The translations under genes were made by a program, and so were the position numbers. 31,851 nt of DNA. It comes from Opitutales bacterium. GTDB taxonomy: Bacteria > Verrucomicrobiota > Verrucomicrobiia > Opitutales > JABSRG01. This document shows, one piece after another, positions 1 through 10,943 of this stretch (the stretch's first letter is position 1; each line of letters begins with the position of its first letter). The notes under the pieces were generated by a model. The model had not been told where the DNA came from and searched no databases. It saw nothing but the letters and a program-made list of their open reading frames with translations. The stretch spans positions 1 to 31,851 of the forward strand of contig JBMYOQ010000051.1 of NCBI GenBank assembly GCA_049599475.1. The letters run 5' to 3'.

Positions 1-3000
1 CCGTAGACAAAACCATATAACCATAAAGCTCAATAATTATTCGAACTGGTATCACTCCACCAATAGACTCGTTCGCTGCGCCAGGTAATATCCCCAGTGG
101 AAGCACCCAAGATATATCACGGGAAACACTTGAAGCAATCGTTATAGGCGTATCCTCGATCAATTCGAGTTCATTTTCGAGTGAAGGGTTGCTATCAAGG
201 TCTGGGGCAGTTTGCGGCGCAGGTTCGACAACAGGATCCTCTGGCGCCTCAACCGGAAGCTCATCAGTCGATTCAGGCTCTTCGGGTGAAGTATCTTCGA
301 CGGTTTCCGGGGTCTCAGGTGCAGGGTCCTCGACTGTCTCTGGTTCTTCACTCACAGATTCTTCCGGGGTCGGATCCGTCGCCGCATAATAAAAAACATT
401 ACCCGTAGCTTGAGGGTCTTCGCCAAAACTCACCTCGAAGACCTCCTCTCCACTCAATCCGCCCTTTTCGTGGGGCGATTCATTGTCTTCTGAGTAAATC
501 AGGAACCGTGAGTCCGTTGTTAAAGCACTAGAACCTGCGTTGTTGATAAAGCTGCCGCCACTGGCTTCTAAAGTAATATTATTACCACGGCCCGAGGTTA
601 CGATCGAGGCACCGGAACTTAAGGTAAGATCTCCCACAGTTCTAATGGAAACGCTGTTTGTCAGAGTTCCGGTGAAGCTTCCTGTGATATCCAAACCGCC
701 CGTGCTATCGTATAAACTAAAGCTTCCCCCTCGACTCACATTTCCGAGCGTATTGATCGTGTTTGCGCTGTTTTCTAGGACATAGGTTCCACTACCTTGA
801 GCCGAGAATGTGTCGACTTGAATACCTCCGGTTTGGCTCACGTTTCCGTCCGCCGTGAGTGTAAAGTCTCCTGAGGTTGAGATCGCAGCAATTACGACAT
901 CACCGGTTTCTGTAATGGCTATATTCCCGGTTGAATTAAGCGTATCTGCAGCATTCCGACTGGTCGCAGTGATGGAGCCAAAGGTATTTCCAGCGTTCCC
1001 AAGGGTTATGTCTGCTCCGGAGTCATTAAGAGTCTTAAATGTTGCATTGCCTGATACGGTTATGACTCCGGAATTCGTCATCGCTCCTGTCGATACAGCG
1101 TCCAAAGAAGTAGCGGTAAATGAGTCGATTGAAAATCCGTCTGCGTCGACAATCGAAACGGTCCCGGTGTTTCCGATGAGGGTATCTATATCATTCCCAG
1201 ATTGCGTTAGAGTATAGCTGGCGCCGGTCCCTGATAGCGTTAAGCCGCTGGCGGTGATCGCTGCTGCCTGCGTCACGGTTCCGTCTGTGTCTAGCCTCAA
1301 GTTGTTGGATGCTAAATTCAAGGAGCCATCTATGCTGATGTTCCCTGTATCAGAAAGTAGATACACATCATCGGTAAACGACAGGGCTTCAATATCTATA
1401 TTCCCGGTCCCGTCACTGCGGCCGATGATTATTTCCTGAGCGCCATCCGCAATTTTAGCTAATTCAGTGGCATCCAAATTAAATTGGCCCGTCGCACCGT
1501 CACCGAGCCCGATGGTGTGGCTAATGTCTTCAGACCGTAGCGTTATGGTTCCCGACGTCTGTATGGAACTTGTTGAGCCGATGACGATGGCATCCGTCCA
1601 ACTATCTGTGCTGGCTTCTAGGGTAATATCGCCTGTCATACTGCTTCCTCCAATGACAGGGGCGGTGTCACGCAGGTCAATTCCTTGGGCCCCTTGAGCG
1701 ATGCCTGTGATGGAGATATCACCACCTCCCGTTGATGCTAGAGTAGAATCCGAATTGAAAAAGCCTATTGAAAAGTTTGCGCCGCCTGTCCCTGTTATCG
1801 TCATATCCCCATTTTCGACAGATGCGCTACTCGAGCTAAAGCGGACTCCGATATTCGTTGCGTCATTGGTCTGCTGACTGCCTGTTCCATTGAGCATCAA
1901 TGCCGAATCACCCGTTAGTGTGATCGTCGCCCCCTCTTTTATCTCAATACCATGAGCCAAGGTGCGCCCGGTATTATCCGAATTTCCAATGCCTGTAATG
2001 GATAAATCGCCTCCAGCGCTCGTTATAGAGGTCGTGGCTCCGGTGATTGTAACTCCGTTCATCGCATTGACTGGATTAACGCCCTCACCATAAATAGTGA
2101 TATCACCGGTAGTCGTTTCTATCGCAGAGTTGAGCCTCAACCGCACGCCATCGACATCTGTCGCTTGCCCGCGGAGTGTTATATTGCCTGCTCCCGTATT
2201 CAGACTAGCGCCGTAGACGTCGACCCCGGCATTCGTCCCCCCTTGAGCAAAGCCGGAGTTACGCAAGTCAGAGATACTCGCGAAATTTCCACCCGAGGCC
2301 AAGATCTCGCCTCCGTTTGTTTCAATGCTTAAATTTGTATTGAGTAAAACACGCCCCTCTCCTGAACCGTCGCTGTCGGATTGCAGAATCAGCGATAGGC
2401 TGTCGTCGCTTCCCGATGAGTCCGCGATATCTCCATTGTCGTTTAGAATGACATCATCAGTCGACTGAAGCCAGAGCGTATTCCCTGTTCCAATACCATT
2501 TGTGTCCGTGCTCGCATTGACGATTAAGTCTGCCCCTGCACTAATCGTAGTATCTCCAGAAACCGCAAGCCCCTGGGTGCTTGTCCCGTTCACAGTCACG
2601 TTGCTGATCGTTAATCCATCTTGGTCGACATAGGAAACCGCGCCCCCTGAAAGCGCTAAGGTGTCGATGCCGTTACCAGCGTTTTCCAAAGTTTTGCTTC
2701 CACTGCCCGACAGTGCCAAACCACTCGCCGTGATGGCGGCGCTTTGACTCACCGTCCCGCCGGTATCGATACCGAGATTGTTCGCTCCCACGCTGAGCGC
2801 TCCATCTATATTGATGTCTCCGGAGAGTGATTGCAGCAAGACATCATCGGTAAAGGTTAGGGCTTCTACGTCGATCGCGCCGGTGCCGTCGGTCCGGCCG
2901 ATGATGATTGAAGAGGCTCCATCGGCAATAACGCCTAATTCAGTAGCAGTAAGATTAAAATCTCCCGTTGCACTATCGCCAATTCCGATAGTCGGGCTCA

Positions 3001-5419
3001 CTTCATCTGGTTGTAGCGTAATCGTACCGGAAGTCTGGATACTGGAATCGGAATCAAGCCGTATTGCGTCGCTACCGCTCGCGGAATACGCGCTGATTAA
3101 GAGATCTCCAGACATGCTCGCGCCGCCGATTATCATCGGCCCCGTCCCTGTGGTCTCGACCCCTTGAGCCTCATAGCTTCTTCCAGTGATAGAGATACTG
3201 CCAGTTCCGGTCGAAAGTGCATCCGATCCATTGCGGAGGTAGAAACCGAATGAATTGCTACCGTAGCCCGCGACGCCCTGCACGGTCATATCGCCATTTT
3301 CTACGGATAAATAGGCACTACCGGTCAAGGATACGCCGTCGTTATTAGAATCATTTAACTCTTGGCTCCCTGTTCCTGAGACAAAAAGTGTAGACGCCCC
3401 CGTCACAGCCATATAACTGCCGCCTTCCAAGCGAATTCCATGCGATCCGGAGTTACCCCCAGAGTTATCACTCCCTCCTATCCCAGTGACGCTCACAGCC
3501 CCTCCGTCGCTGGTGATCGAGCTTGTATTTTGCATTAAGACGCCGCGACTAAAGTCCGTATCTCCACCCTCTCCGTATAAGGTAATTGCCCCGGTCGTTG
3601 TGGTAATGGAAGATGTATTTATCATCCGGATACCGCGCCCATCCGTATTTTGACCCCGCCCGGTAATTGCACCTGTTCCCGCGCTCAATGAGGCGCCATC
3701 CATCTCAATAATTGCGGCAGATCCATTATCCCTCAAATCGGCGAGTGTTGTATAATTCCCTCCAGAGAGGATGATTTCGCCGCCGTTGGTCGTGATGCTT
3801 GACCCAGAGTTCATTAAAATCTCGCCGCCCCCAGCACCGTCGGAATTGGCCTGGATGACCACGTTTAGATTATCATCGCTCCCAACGGTATCAGAAATAG
3901 CAACACTCGAGAGCAGGCTCACATCATTGGCAGCCTTAAACCACAGGGTATCGCCTGTGCCCACGCCGTTGTAATCGATATCGGTCTCAATCGTAATATT
4001 ACCATCCTGCGCTCCTCCAGCCCCGGTCTCAACGGTGACTGTCACTCCGACTCCGGAATTGAGAGCAGTGAGGATCGTATCGACATCGATCTCAGCGTCA
4101 TCGGTATTGGGATTATCGAAGGGGTTGCTCGTATCTGCAAATTCATCGATGCCGTTATCCGTGATCCGAACGTTATAAGGGTCGATAAGCCATTCTCCGC
4201 CCAGTCCGGAGTCGGAACCCACATCCGGAATGGCTTCACCCAAATCAAACCACCCTGCGCTCGTTTCAATGAAACCACCTCGGGCCCCGTTTGTGCCTCG
4301 AGCACTCAAATCGCCATACATGCGTAAGGTTTCATTCCCCCAGGCAACGATCGTTCCCGCGCTCACATCTGAACCGCGAGCATCTACAGACACCCGAGCG
4401 CCCTCGTCGATAAATGTGCGATCTGCGTGTAAAATCGAACCATCCTGTCCGCGCTGACTGCCGCCAATACGCACACGGCCACCGTCTGATCCGTGGCCCT
4501 CAGCAAGCACGACCGCGCTATCCGCCAATTCTACACGAGAACCCGTTATCAATACATCCCCGCCTGGTGCATCCATTTCCCCAGAGACCTCGACGGTCCC
4601 CGAATCACCCACGAGCCAGATTTCGCCGTCGATCTCTTGAGTCGCCACTGCACGGACGATCCCTGACTGGTTAATCGCCAGGCTAAACGGGTTGGAATGG
4701 GCAGCCAAAATTTCTACGCGAGCCGCTTCGACAAGGCCTGATTGATCGATAGACGCACGGTCGCTGGGCACTCGGACAAAGATGGGGCGTTCCTGATCCG
4801 GCTGCACGATCACTTCGCGACCAGACGCAAGATTGACGGCGCCGTGGTGTGCGCGGAGTTCCCCGTGGTTCGAAATGACCTCGGATATCAATGTAATGTT
4901 GCCCGAGATCGCCTCCAATCGCCCCATATTGACAATCTGCCCATCTAGCGAACCAGAGGCTGTAAAGGTCACCGAGCCCCCATTCAAAAAGTCATCGTTA
5001 TCCACATCCAAGGTGGAAGCCGTAAAACTTGCAGTATCGATCTGAGCATTTTCTCCAAAGACGATGCCATTCGGGTTAATCAAAAAGACCTCACCGTTGG
5101 CCTGAATCTGACCATGAATTTCGGATAAGTTCGCTCCGACGACTCGATTTAACACCGCAGAATCAGCCCCCGGCTGGATGAACCGAGTGGTCTCCCCAGA
5201 ACCCACAGAAAACTGCTGCCAATCAATGATCAATTGCGCCGTGCCCTGCTCGACTTGAAGTGTGGATCCGGCTTCTGCGAACACAGCATCCCCATACACC
5301 ACGCGAGCTCCACTCGGATTCGCCCAAGCGATCGAGTGACTCGTGGAGAAAATAAGAGCGAAGGAGAGATAGAATGCCATCCCTCGACCGCACAGATTTC
5401 TGAAGTATACGCTCCCCAT
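1..5419 (-). CDS. Filamentous haemagglutinin-like / two-partner secretion (TpsA-type) exoprotein, >1,800 aa, 3' end beyond the left edge
   Basis: Manual translation from ATG at 5419 gives MGSVYFRNLCGRGMAFYLSFALIFSTSHSIAWANPSGARVVYG...LIIDWQQFSVGSGETTRFIQPGADSAVLNRVVGANLSEIHGQIQANGEVFLINPNGIVFG: a signal peptide plus the TPS/haemagglutination-activity domain with its NPNG motif. A Gly/Thr/Ser/Asn-rich beta-helix-like body follows. Both ends were translated by hand and lie in the same frame, with no stop near position 1, which explains its absence from the ORF track. The plus-strand shadow ORFs (189, 540, 855, 1254, 1467, 2778, 3771, 4230, 4833) all share one frame, consistent with one uninterrupted gene. 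Confidence 0.93.
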   Translation of the reverse strand, partial: MGSVYFRNLCGRGMAFYLSFALIFSTSHSIAWANPSGARVVYGDAVFAEAGSTLQVEQGTAQLIIDWQQFSVGSGETTRFIQPGADSAVLNRVVGANLSEIHGQIQANGEVFLINPNGIVFGENAQIDTASFTASTLDVDNDDFLNGGSVTFTASGSLDGQIVNMGRLEAISGNITLISEVISNHGELRAHHGAVNLASGREVIVQPDQERPIFVRVPSDRASIDQSGLVEAARVEILAAHSNPFSLAINQSGIVRAVATQEIDGEIWLVGDSGTVEVSGEMDAPGGDVLITGSRVELADSAVVLAEGHGSDGGRVRIGGSQRGQDGSILHADRTFIDEGARVSVDARGSDVSAGTIVAWGNETLRMYGDLSARGTNGARGGFIETSAGWFDLGEAIPDVGSDSGLGGEWLIDPYNVRITDNGIDEFADTSNPFDNPNTDDAEIDVDTILTALNSGVGVTVTVETGAGGAQDGNITIETDIDYNGVGTGDTLWFKAANDVSLLSSVAISDTVGSDDNLNVVIQANSDGAGGGEILMNSGSSITTNGGEIILSGGNYTTLADLRDNGSAAIIEMDGASLSAGTGAITGRGQNTDGRGIRMINTSSITTTTGAITLYGEGGDTDFSRGVLMQNTSSITSDGGAVSVTGIGGSDNSGGNSGSHGIRLEGGSYMAVTGASTLFVSGTGSQELNDSNNDGVSLTGSAYLSVENGDMTVQGVAGYGSNSFGFYLRNGSDALSTGTGSISITGRSYEAQGVETTGTGPMIIGGASMSGDLLISAYSASGSDAIRLDSDSSIQTSGTITLQPDEVSPTIGIGDSATGDFNLTATELGVIADGASSIIIGRTDGTGAIDVEALTFTDDVLLQSLSGDINIDGALSVGANNLGIDTGGTVSQSAAITASGLALSGSGSKTLENAGNGIDTLALSGGAVSYVDQDGLTISNVTVNGTSTQGLAVSGDTTISAGADLIVNASTDTNGIGTGNTLWLQSTDDVILNDNGDIADSSGSDDSLSLILQSDSDGSGEGRVLLNTNLSIETNGGEILASGGNFASISDLRNSGFAQGGTNAGVDVYGASLNTGAGNITLRGQATDVDGVRLRLNSAIETTTGDITIYGEGVNPVNAMNGVTITGATTSITSAGGDLSITGIGNSDNTGRTLAHGIEIKEGATITLTGDSALMLNGTGSQQTNDATNIGVRFSSSSASVENGDMTITGTGGANFSIGFFNSDSTLASTGGGDISITGIAQGAQGIDLRDTAPVIGGSSMTGDITLEASTDSWTDAIVIGSTSSIQTSGTITLRSEDISHTIGLGDGATGQFNLDATELAKIADGAQEIIIGRSDGTGNIDIEALSFTDDVYLLSDTGNISIDGSLNLASNNLRLDTDGTVTQAAAITASGLTLSGTGASYTLTQSGNDIDTLIGNTGTVSIVDADGFSIDSFTATSLDAVSTGAMTNSGVITVSGNATFKTLNDSGADITLGNAGNTFGSITATSRNAADTLNSTGNIAITETGDVVIAAISTSGDFTLTADGNVSQTGGIQVDTFSAQGSGTYVLENSANTINTLGNVSRGGSFSLYDSTGGLDITGSFTGTLTNSVSIRTVGDLTLSSGASIVTSGRGNNITLEASGGSFINNAGSSALTTDSRFLIYSEDNESPHEKGGLSGEEVFEVSFGEDPQATGNVFYYAATDPTPEESVSEEPETVEDPAPETPETVEDTSPEEPESTDELPVEAPEDPVVEPAPQTAPDLDSNPSLENELELIEDTPITIASSVSRDISWVLPLGILPGAANESIGGVIPVRIIIELYGYMVLST
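1235..4000 (-). repeat. Internal tandem duplication (~1,476 bp / ~492 aa period) inside the FHA-like gene
   Basis: Paired segments GTVTQAAAITASGLTLSG (~1254) and GTVSQSAAITASGLALSG (~2730); IIIGRSDGTGNIDIEALSFTDD (~1400) and IIIGRTDGTGAIDVEALTFTDD (~2880); TNGGEILASGGN (~2300) and TNGGEIILSGGN (~3775). Boundaries are approximate. Confidence 0.8.
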
Positions 5420-5668
5420 TTTGGGACTCCAAAAGTCGGATTTGAAGGCCCGGAATTGAGATTTTTTCAACCTCAAGGGTGCATTTTGCCCTTGTTTGAG
5501 AACGCGTTCTTAGAAATCGCACTTTCAACGTTCGAGAACGGCACGATTGAGAATTTACCCAGTTCCGCTAAGGTTTAAGAAGTCGGATACGACGTGCAAG
5601 CCATGCGGCACCGCCTCCTTCATTGGCGCCCGGTTTAAGGGGCCATAGCTCCCCACCGCCCCTACCTC

Positions 5669-6823
5669 ATGCACCTTACCCTAAGATTGTTATTTGCCTT
5701 TTTATTATCGCTATCTGTTGCGTCGGCTCAGGTCAGCTTCTGGTATGAAGATAACAACATGCAGCGCGCGGGCGGCTACCCGGAGGACTTCGAGGAGATG
5801 TTTACCCATCCCGACAGCTGGAAGGAATTGCGCTCGAAACTGTCCGTTTACTACATTCGTGGCAGCACTTTGCGAAATATCCGCGAGGACCTCGGTCGTG
5901 ACTTCTTCGTAAACAAATTTTGCAAGCTCTTCATCGACGAAGGGCTCCCCGTTGCCATCGACAATCCTGGGGAACCACGGCACTGGGGTGCAATGCGAGA
6001 GCTGGTTGAGAACGGTGTAACCGTGAGCCACATCGGTTTGCAGAGTATTCTTTCGAAATTTGGAGGAGGTCGGCGCATGACTGAGGAACGGCAAAGAGCA
6101 GAGCTTCTTCGCCGGATCGCAGATGCAGCTTCTAAACTTTCTGTTCTCAAAGAAAGCTTTCCAAACAGCAAAACAGGCTTGATTTGCGCCCTTCCGACCA
6201 AGGGGCTCATGTACGAATGGGCCTATCGCGAACTGATGAAACAATCGAGCACACTGAATGCCCCTTTGGAGTTCATTCATGTGGACTGCCCGGCCCCGGC
6301 ACTCATGTCCGGAAAATTCATCACGTGGGATGACCTCGGTGGGTTGAAACAGCTCATCAAAGGTGAACTGCGGATCGAATACGGATTCATTATCACTGAC
6401 GGCCATGCTGGGCGCGTGTCTAACCGTGCTTTCAATGATGCCATGATGAACATGGCCCAGAAATTCCCGGCTGAGCATTACCCAGATTACTTCATCATGA
6501 TGAGCTGGTTTCCGTTTCCGAAATACTCCGTTCGCGTGGCCGACACCGAGGACGGCGCGTTTACAATGACTCGCACCTCTCTCGACTTTATCAACGCGAT
6601 ATCGAACGGCGGAGATGGCGGCTCGGGAATTGCCATAGGGCCGCGAGACTGGCGAATCGCTTGGCAGGGGCGCAACATCGTAGTGAACGCTATCTTTGAA
6701 CGCGTAGAAACGGGACAAGTGTTCCTTAGAGAGTCCTCCACAGGACGCGTCGCGGGATTCCATGGCAACACGCTATCGGAAGCAGATAAGGATTATGTCA
6801 GGGCTGTGCTTGGTATACGTTAA
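5669..6823 (+). CDS. Secreted hypothetical protein, possible glycoside-hydrolase-like fold, with C-terminal SHD1-like domain
   Basis: 384-aa ORF with signal peptide (MHLTLRLLFAFLLSLSVASA|Q). After a Gly linker, the C-terminus (PRDWRIAWQG...VNAIFERVETGQVFLRESSTGRVAGFHGNTLSEADKDYV) resembles SLA1 homology domain 1. Confidence 0.7.
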   Translation: MHLTLRLLFAFLLSLSVASAQVSFWYEDNNMQRAGGYPEDFEEMFTHPDSWKELRSKLSVYYIRGSTLRNIREDLGRDFFVNKFCKLFIDEGLPVAIDNPGEPRHWGAMRELVENGVTVSHIGLQSILSKFGGGRRMTEERQRAELLRRIADAASKLSVLKESFPNSKTGLICALPTKGLMYEWAYRELMKQSSTLNAPLEFIHVDCPAPALMSGKFITWDDLGGLKQLIKGELRIEYGFIITDGHAGRVSNRAFNDAMMNMAQKFPAEHYPDYFIMMSWFPFPKYSVRVADTEDGAFTMTRTSLDFINAISNGGDGGSGIAIGPRDWRIAWQGRNIVVNAIFERVETGQVFLRESSTGRVAGFHGNTLSEADKDYVRAVLGIR

Positions 6824-6880
6824 TTGGCTTTTGGGGCTAAATTAGCGATAAGGACGCTGGGGATAGGCTGTCTTAAAAGT

Positions 6881-6980
6881 GGTGGCGCCGGATCACCGCA
6901 TCCGGCATGAGCGCGTTAGCTCGAGCGACTAGCCAAGCTAAGGCCGAGTCATGCTCGTTGTGGTCGACGAGCGCTACCAT
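6881..6980. repeat. REP/REPIN-like palindromic extragenic element, copy 1
   Basis: GGTGGCGCCGGATCACCGCATCCGGC...GCTCGTTGTGGTCGACGAGCGCTACC: inverted GT(A/G)G-initiated ends with internal hairpins. Lies between convergent genes. Related copy at 22317-22454. Confidence 0.75.
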
Positions 6981-7014
6981 AGAAATCATTCGAGTTTTTG
7001 AAGTAACACTAATT

Positions 7015-8703
7015 CTATAGCCAGAAGCTGAAGTAGAGATATACTAGCGCGACTAGGCCGAGCACTACGCCTGTTGCAATGACGTCCCACTTGTTCCAGC
7101 TTTCGCGGATCGCGCGTTTGTCTTCAGCGGTCAGGGATCCGTAGGTGAGCCCATCGATATTCTTTTCCTCCGGTTTGGCCGTGAGGAGAGACAATACCAC
7201 GATGATACACGTGCTCGCCAAGAGGAGGACTCCTGAGTAATACAAGAAGTTGAAGGCTGCGATGTTTCCGATGACACCGTCGGTAATTCCTTTTGAAGAT
7301 GCGACCGCCTCGATCACCAGTTTTGCCATACCTAAGACGAAGCCAATCACCATGCCCCAGAGCGCTCCGGTGGTGTTCACGCGCTTCCAGAATAGACCGA
7401 GCAAAAATACAGCAGTAATCGGGGGCGCGAGATAGCCCTGGACCGCTTGCAGATACTTGTAAATGCCTCCGCCCGCCATGCCTTTCATAATCGGGATCCA
7501 GATCAATCCAGCGATCACGACGATCACGGTGGCTACGCGCCCCACGCGGACGTAGTGCTCCTGAGACCGCTTGGGCTTCAACTTTTCGTAGATATCAATC
7601 GTAAACAGTGTCGCGCAGGAGTTGAAGAGCGACGCGAGCGAGCTCATGAGCGCCGAGATCAAACCTGCTACCACCAATCCGCGCAAACCGACGGGCAAAA
7701 GCTCAGCCACCATGGTTGCGAAGACTTGGTCTCCATCAATCGACTGATCTGCATGTGTAGGGATAGAAATAATACCTTTTTGGTGCAACGCCCAGCCGAT
7801 CATGCCTGGTACCAGAAAAATCATCACAGGCCAGACTTTTAGGAAACCACCCCAGAGAGCACCCCGGCGTGCATCCTTCAGCCCCTTGGCGGCCAAGGTG
7901 CGCTGCACGATATATTGGTCCGTGCACCAATACCAAATCCCGATTACCGGGGATGCGATCAAGATGCCGAGCCATGGAAAATCACTGTTTTTCCACCATG
8001 GAATACCCTCTTGGGTCAGTGGACGCCAAAGGGCGAAATTCTCGCGTTGCTCTCCCGCGAGAGCTTGCAGTTCGCCCCAACCGCCCAGTTCGCGCAGCCC
8101 AAACCATGTTATCATGAATGACCCCAGCAGAAGCACGACGGTCTGAGCCACCTCCGTATACAAGACAGCCCGCAAGCCGCCAAAAACGGTGTATACCCCC
8201 GTCAATACAACCGTGACAATGGCCCCCACCCAAAACGCATTATCGGGGGAACCGAAGGTGTCGGGCAGCAGCGTCATAAAGACTAAGGCGCCCGCATAGA
8301 CGGTCACCGAGACCTTGGTAAATACATACGCGACCAGACTGACAATAGACAGCACCCAGCGCGTGCGGCTATCGAATCTACGTTCTAAAAACTCGGGCAT
8401 CGTATAGACGCCGCTGCGGTAATAAAAAGGCACAAAGACCCAGGCGAGCAACACCATCACCCAGGCATGTAACTCCCAGTGAGCCATCGCCATACCTGAG
8501 GAAGCGCCGTTACCCGCGAGCCCTACGATATGCTCTGAGCCTACATTGGAGGCAAATAAGGAAGCTCCCACGACAAACCATCCAGCGTGGCGTCCAGCGA
8601 GGAAATAGTCTTGGGTCGAATTCATCTGCCCGGAAGACCACTTTACGATCCATACGAGACCGCAGAAGTAGAAGGCGACGATTATCCAGTCGAGTGCTTG
8701 CAT
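7015..8703 (-). CDS. Sodium:solute (sugar) symporter, SSS/SLC5 family, probably for arabinose
   Basis: 562 aa with many transmembrane helices and SSS motifs DYFLAGR, ASLFASNVGSEH, TMPEFLERRF, WYWCTDQYIVQR, ALMSSLASLFNS. Last gene of the ara operon. Confidence 0.93.
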   Translation of the reverse strand: MQALDWIIVAFYFCGLVWIVKWSSGQMNSTQDYFLAGRHAGWFVVGASLFASNVGSEHIVGLAGNGASSGMAMAHWELHAWVMVLLAWVFVPFYYRSGVYTMPEFLERRFDSRTRWVLSIVSLVAYVFTKVSVTVYAGALVFMTLLPDTFGSPDNAFWVGAIVTVVLTGVYTVFGGLRAVLYTEVAQTVVLLLGSFMITWFGLRELGGWGELQALAGEQRENFALWRPLTQEGIPWWKNSDFPWLGILIASPVIGIWYWCTDQYIVQRTLAAKGLKDARRGALWGGFLKVWPVMIFLVPGMIGWALHQKGIISIPTHADQSIDGDQVFATMVAELLPVGLRGLVVAGLISALMSSLASLFNSCATLFTIDIYEKLKPKRSQEHYVRVGRVATVIVVIAGLIWIPIMKGMAGGGIYKYLQAVQGYLAPPITAVFLLGLFWKRVNTTGALWGMVIGFVLGMAKLVIEAVASSKGITDGVIGNIAAFNFLYYSGVLLLASTCIIVVLSLLTAKPEEKNIDGLTYGSLTAEDKRAIRESWNKWDVIATGVVLGLVALVYLYFSFWL

Positions 8704-8735
8704 AGTAGATTATAGATTTAGATTAGAGAGATAAA

Positions 8736-9437
8736 TTAACTTGCCTGACCGTAGTATGCTTGCTGGCCATGTTTGCGCAGAAAGTGCTTGTCCAAAAGTG
8801 CTGGGTCAATGGCGCCTTGGTTCGCGGAAATAGAGAGTGTTTTCAATGCCATATCTGCAGCCACCTCAAGAGCGAGAGCATATTCAACCGCCTTGGATGC
8901 ATTCACATTCCAGACAAAAGGGCCGTGATCATTCACGAGCACCGCTGGCACATCCAGAGGGTCCATGCCCATAAACCGTTCGACGATCACATTGCCGGTT
9001 TCCCATTCGTAGTCTCCATTGATTTCGGCATAGGTCATGGCACGTGTGACTGGAACCGGACCATAAAAATGATCGGCATGCGTCGTCCCGAGACAGGCGA
9101 TCTCCCGGCCTGCCTGCGCAAATGATACTGCACAACGGGAATGTGTATGCACTACCGAGCGCACACCGGCATCTCCAAAGGCCATAAAGAGGCGCCGATG
9201 GGTCGGCGTATCGGACGAGGGACGTAAACCACCATCGACGACAACTCCCTCGAGATCCACAATTACCATGTCTTCGGGGCGCAGTTCACTATAGTCCACC
9301 CCACTCGGCTTGATCGCGAAAACACCTCGGTTCCGATCCAGCACACTCACATTGCCAAAGGTCAAATCGACAAGCCCGGTCTTGGGTAGCTGAAGGTTCG
9401 CCGCGCAGCACTCTTCTCTGATATCCGCGTAATTCAT
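8736..9437 (-). CDS. araD: L-ribulose-5-phosphate 4-epimerase
   Basis: Class II aldolase motifs TFGNVS, IKPSGV, PSSDTPTH, VVHTHS and the C-terminal LLDKHFLRKHGQQAYYGQ. Adjacent to araA. Confidence 0.96.
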   Translation of the reverse strand: MNYADIREECCAANLQLPKTGLVDLTFGNVSVLDRNRGVFAIKPSGVDYSELRPEDMVIVDLEGVVVDGGLRPSSDTPTHRRLFMAFGDAGVRSVVHTHSRCAVSFAQAGREIACLGTTHADHFYGPVPVTRAMTYAEINGDYEWETGNVIVERFMGMDPLDVPAVLVNDHGPFVWNVNASKAVEYALALEVAADMALKTLSISANQGAIDPALLDKHFLRKHGQQAYYGQAS

Positions 9438-9440
9438 AGT

Positions 9441-10922
9441 CTAATAGGCAGCTGCGTTCCAGCGAAGTTCGTTCTTGAAGCTGCGTAGATCTGTGTGCTG
9501 ATCGATCACCACAGACTCTATGCCCGCAATCTCAGCGAGCATTTCAAGCTGCGATGTGGTCGTGGTGTAACTAAATACAGTGTGGTGGGCACCGCCTGCT
9601 TGTATCCAAGCCGCAGCTCCAGTTGCGAGGTCAGGCATCACTTCCCAGAGCACGCGCGCAACGGGTAAGTTGGGCAGCTCGGCTTGCGGTGCGTGGGCCT
9701 CAACTTCGCTAATCAGGAGACGGAAGCGATTCCCCATATCAACCAAGGATGCGTTGAGCGCGCGACCCGCCTTGCCATCGAAGACTAAACGCACGGGATC
9801 GGCCTTCCCGCCGATGCCCAGAGGATGGACTTCGCAGCTTGGCTTTGTATTCGCGATACTGGGACAGATTTCCAACATATGCGCTCCTAAGCAGCGCGGT
9901 CCTGCAGGATCAAAGTGATAAGTGTAGTCCTCCATGAAGGATGTCCCGGCATCGACACCGGTATTCATCACTTTCATCACACGCAGCAAGGCAGCTGTTT
10001 TCCAATCCCCTTCTCCCCCGAAACCATAGCCATCGGCCATCAAGCGCTGAACAGGCAAGCCCGGCAATTGCACCATGCCATGGAGATCTTCAAATGTATC
10101 CGTAAATGCCTTAAATCCACCCTCTTCGAGGAAGGCGCGCAGACCCAATTCGATTTTAGCAGCCTCCTGCAAGCTGGCATGTAAGGCACCGCCTTTTACC
10201 AACGCGTCAGCAAGAGTATAGTCATCGGCATACTGGTCGCAGAGTGCGTTGATATCACTTGCGGTGACATCTTCGATCACGGAAACCAAATCGCCGATAC
10301 CGTGAGTATTTACGGACATCCCGAAGACGGACTCCGCTTCTACTTTGTCCCCATCGGTCACTGCGACCTGCCGCATATTATCGCCAAAGCGGACCACCTT
10401 CAGCGATTGAAACTCATTCCAAGCAAGCGCGACCCGAGCCCATGAAGCCAGCTGAGCACGCACCTGCTTGTCCTCCCAGTGCCCCACGACGATACCCCGG
10501 GCCTTACCCAAGCGTGCACAGATGTGCCCGAACTCACGTCCACCGTGGGCGGACTGGTTTAAATTCATGAAATCCATGTCGATTTCCGACCATGGAATAT
10601 CCCGATTGAACTGAGTATGAAAATGGCAAAACGGCTTATTGAGCTGATTCAGTCCGGAAATCCACATCTTCGCCGGTGAGAAAGTATGCATCCAACACAC
10701 GAGCCCAATGCAGTTAGGCGTATTGTTAGCTTCCTGACAGAGCGCGCGGATTTCATCCGGGGTTTTCAGACACGGCTTAAAGACTATGCGTGTCGGAATC
10801 TGCGCATCACCGTTCAGACCCGAAGATATCACTAAGCTATCGGCGTCTACCTGCTTTAGGGTTTCCGGGCCGTAGAGGTGCTGGCTTCCCGTGACGAACC
10901 AAAGCTCTTTAGAATCATTCAT
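9441..10922 (-). CDS. araA: L-arabinose isomerase
   Basis: Motifs [81 protein letters not shown]. Confidence 0.98.
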   Translation of the reverse strand: MNDSKELWFVTGSQHLYGPETLKQVDADSLVISSGLNGDAQIPTRIVFKPCLKTPDEIRALCQEANNTPNCIGLVCWMHTFSPAKMWISGLNQLNKPFCHFHTQFNRDIPWSEIDMDFMNLNQSAHGGREFGHICARLGKARGIVVGHWEDKQVRAQLASWARVALAWNEFQSLKVVRFGDNMRQVAVTDGDKVEAESVFGMSVNTHGIGDLVSVIEDVTASDINALCDQYADDYTLADALVKGGALHASLQEAAKIELGLRAFLEEGGFKAFTDTFEDLHGMVQLPGLPVQRLMADGYGFGGEGDWKTAALLRVMKVMNTGVDAGTSFMEDYTYHFDPAGPRCLGAHMLEICPSIANTKPSCEVHPLGIGGKADPVRLVFDGKAGRALNASLVDMGNRFRLLISEVEAHAPQAELPNLPVARVLWEVMPDLATGAAAWIQAGGAHHTVFSYTTTTSQLEMLAEIAGIESVVIDQHTDLRSFKNELRWNAAAY

Positions 10923-10943
10923 ACAATATCGTAATTTGAATTA

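Noticed and set aside
160..5578. Many short ORFs in the track over the first 5.5 kb
   Set aside because: They are antisense or off-frame shadows of the single minus-strand FHA-like gene; most share one register.
5711..6763. 350-aa minus-strand ORF
   Set aside because: It lies fully antisense to the 384-aa protein, which has a signal peptide and SHD1-like domain. It shows no recognisable motifs.
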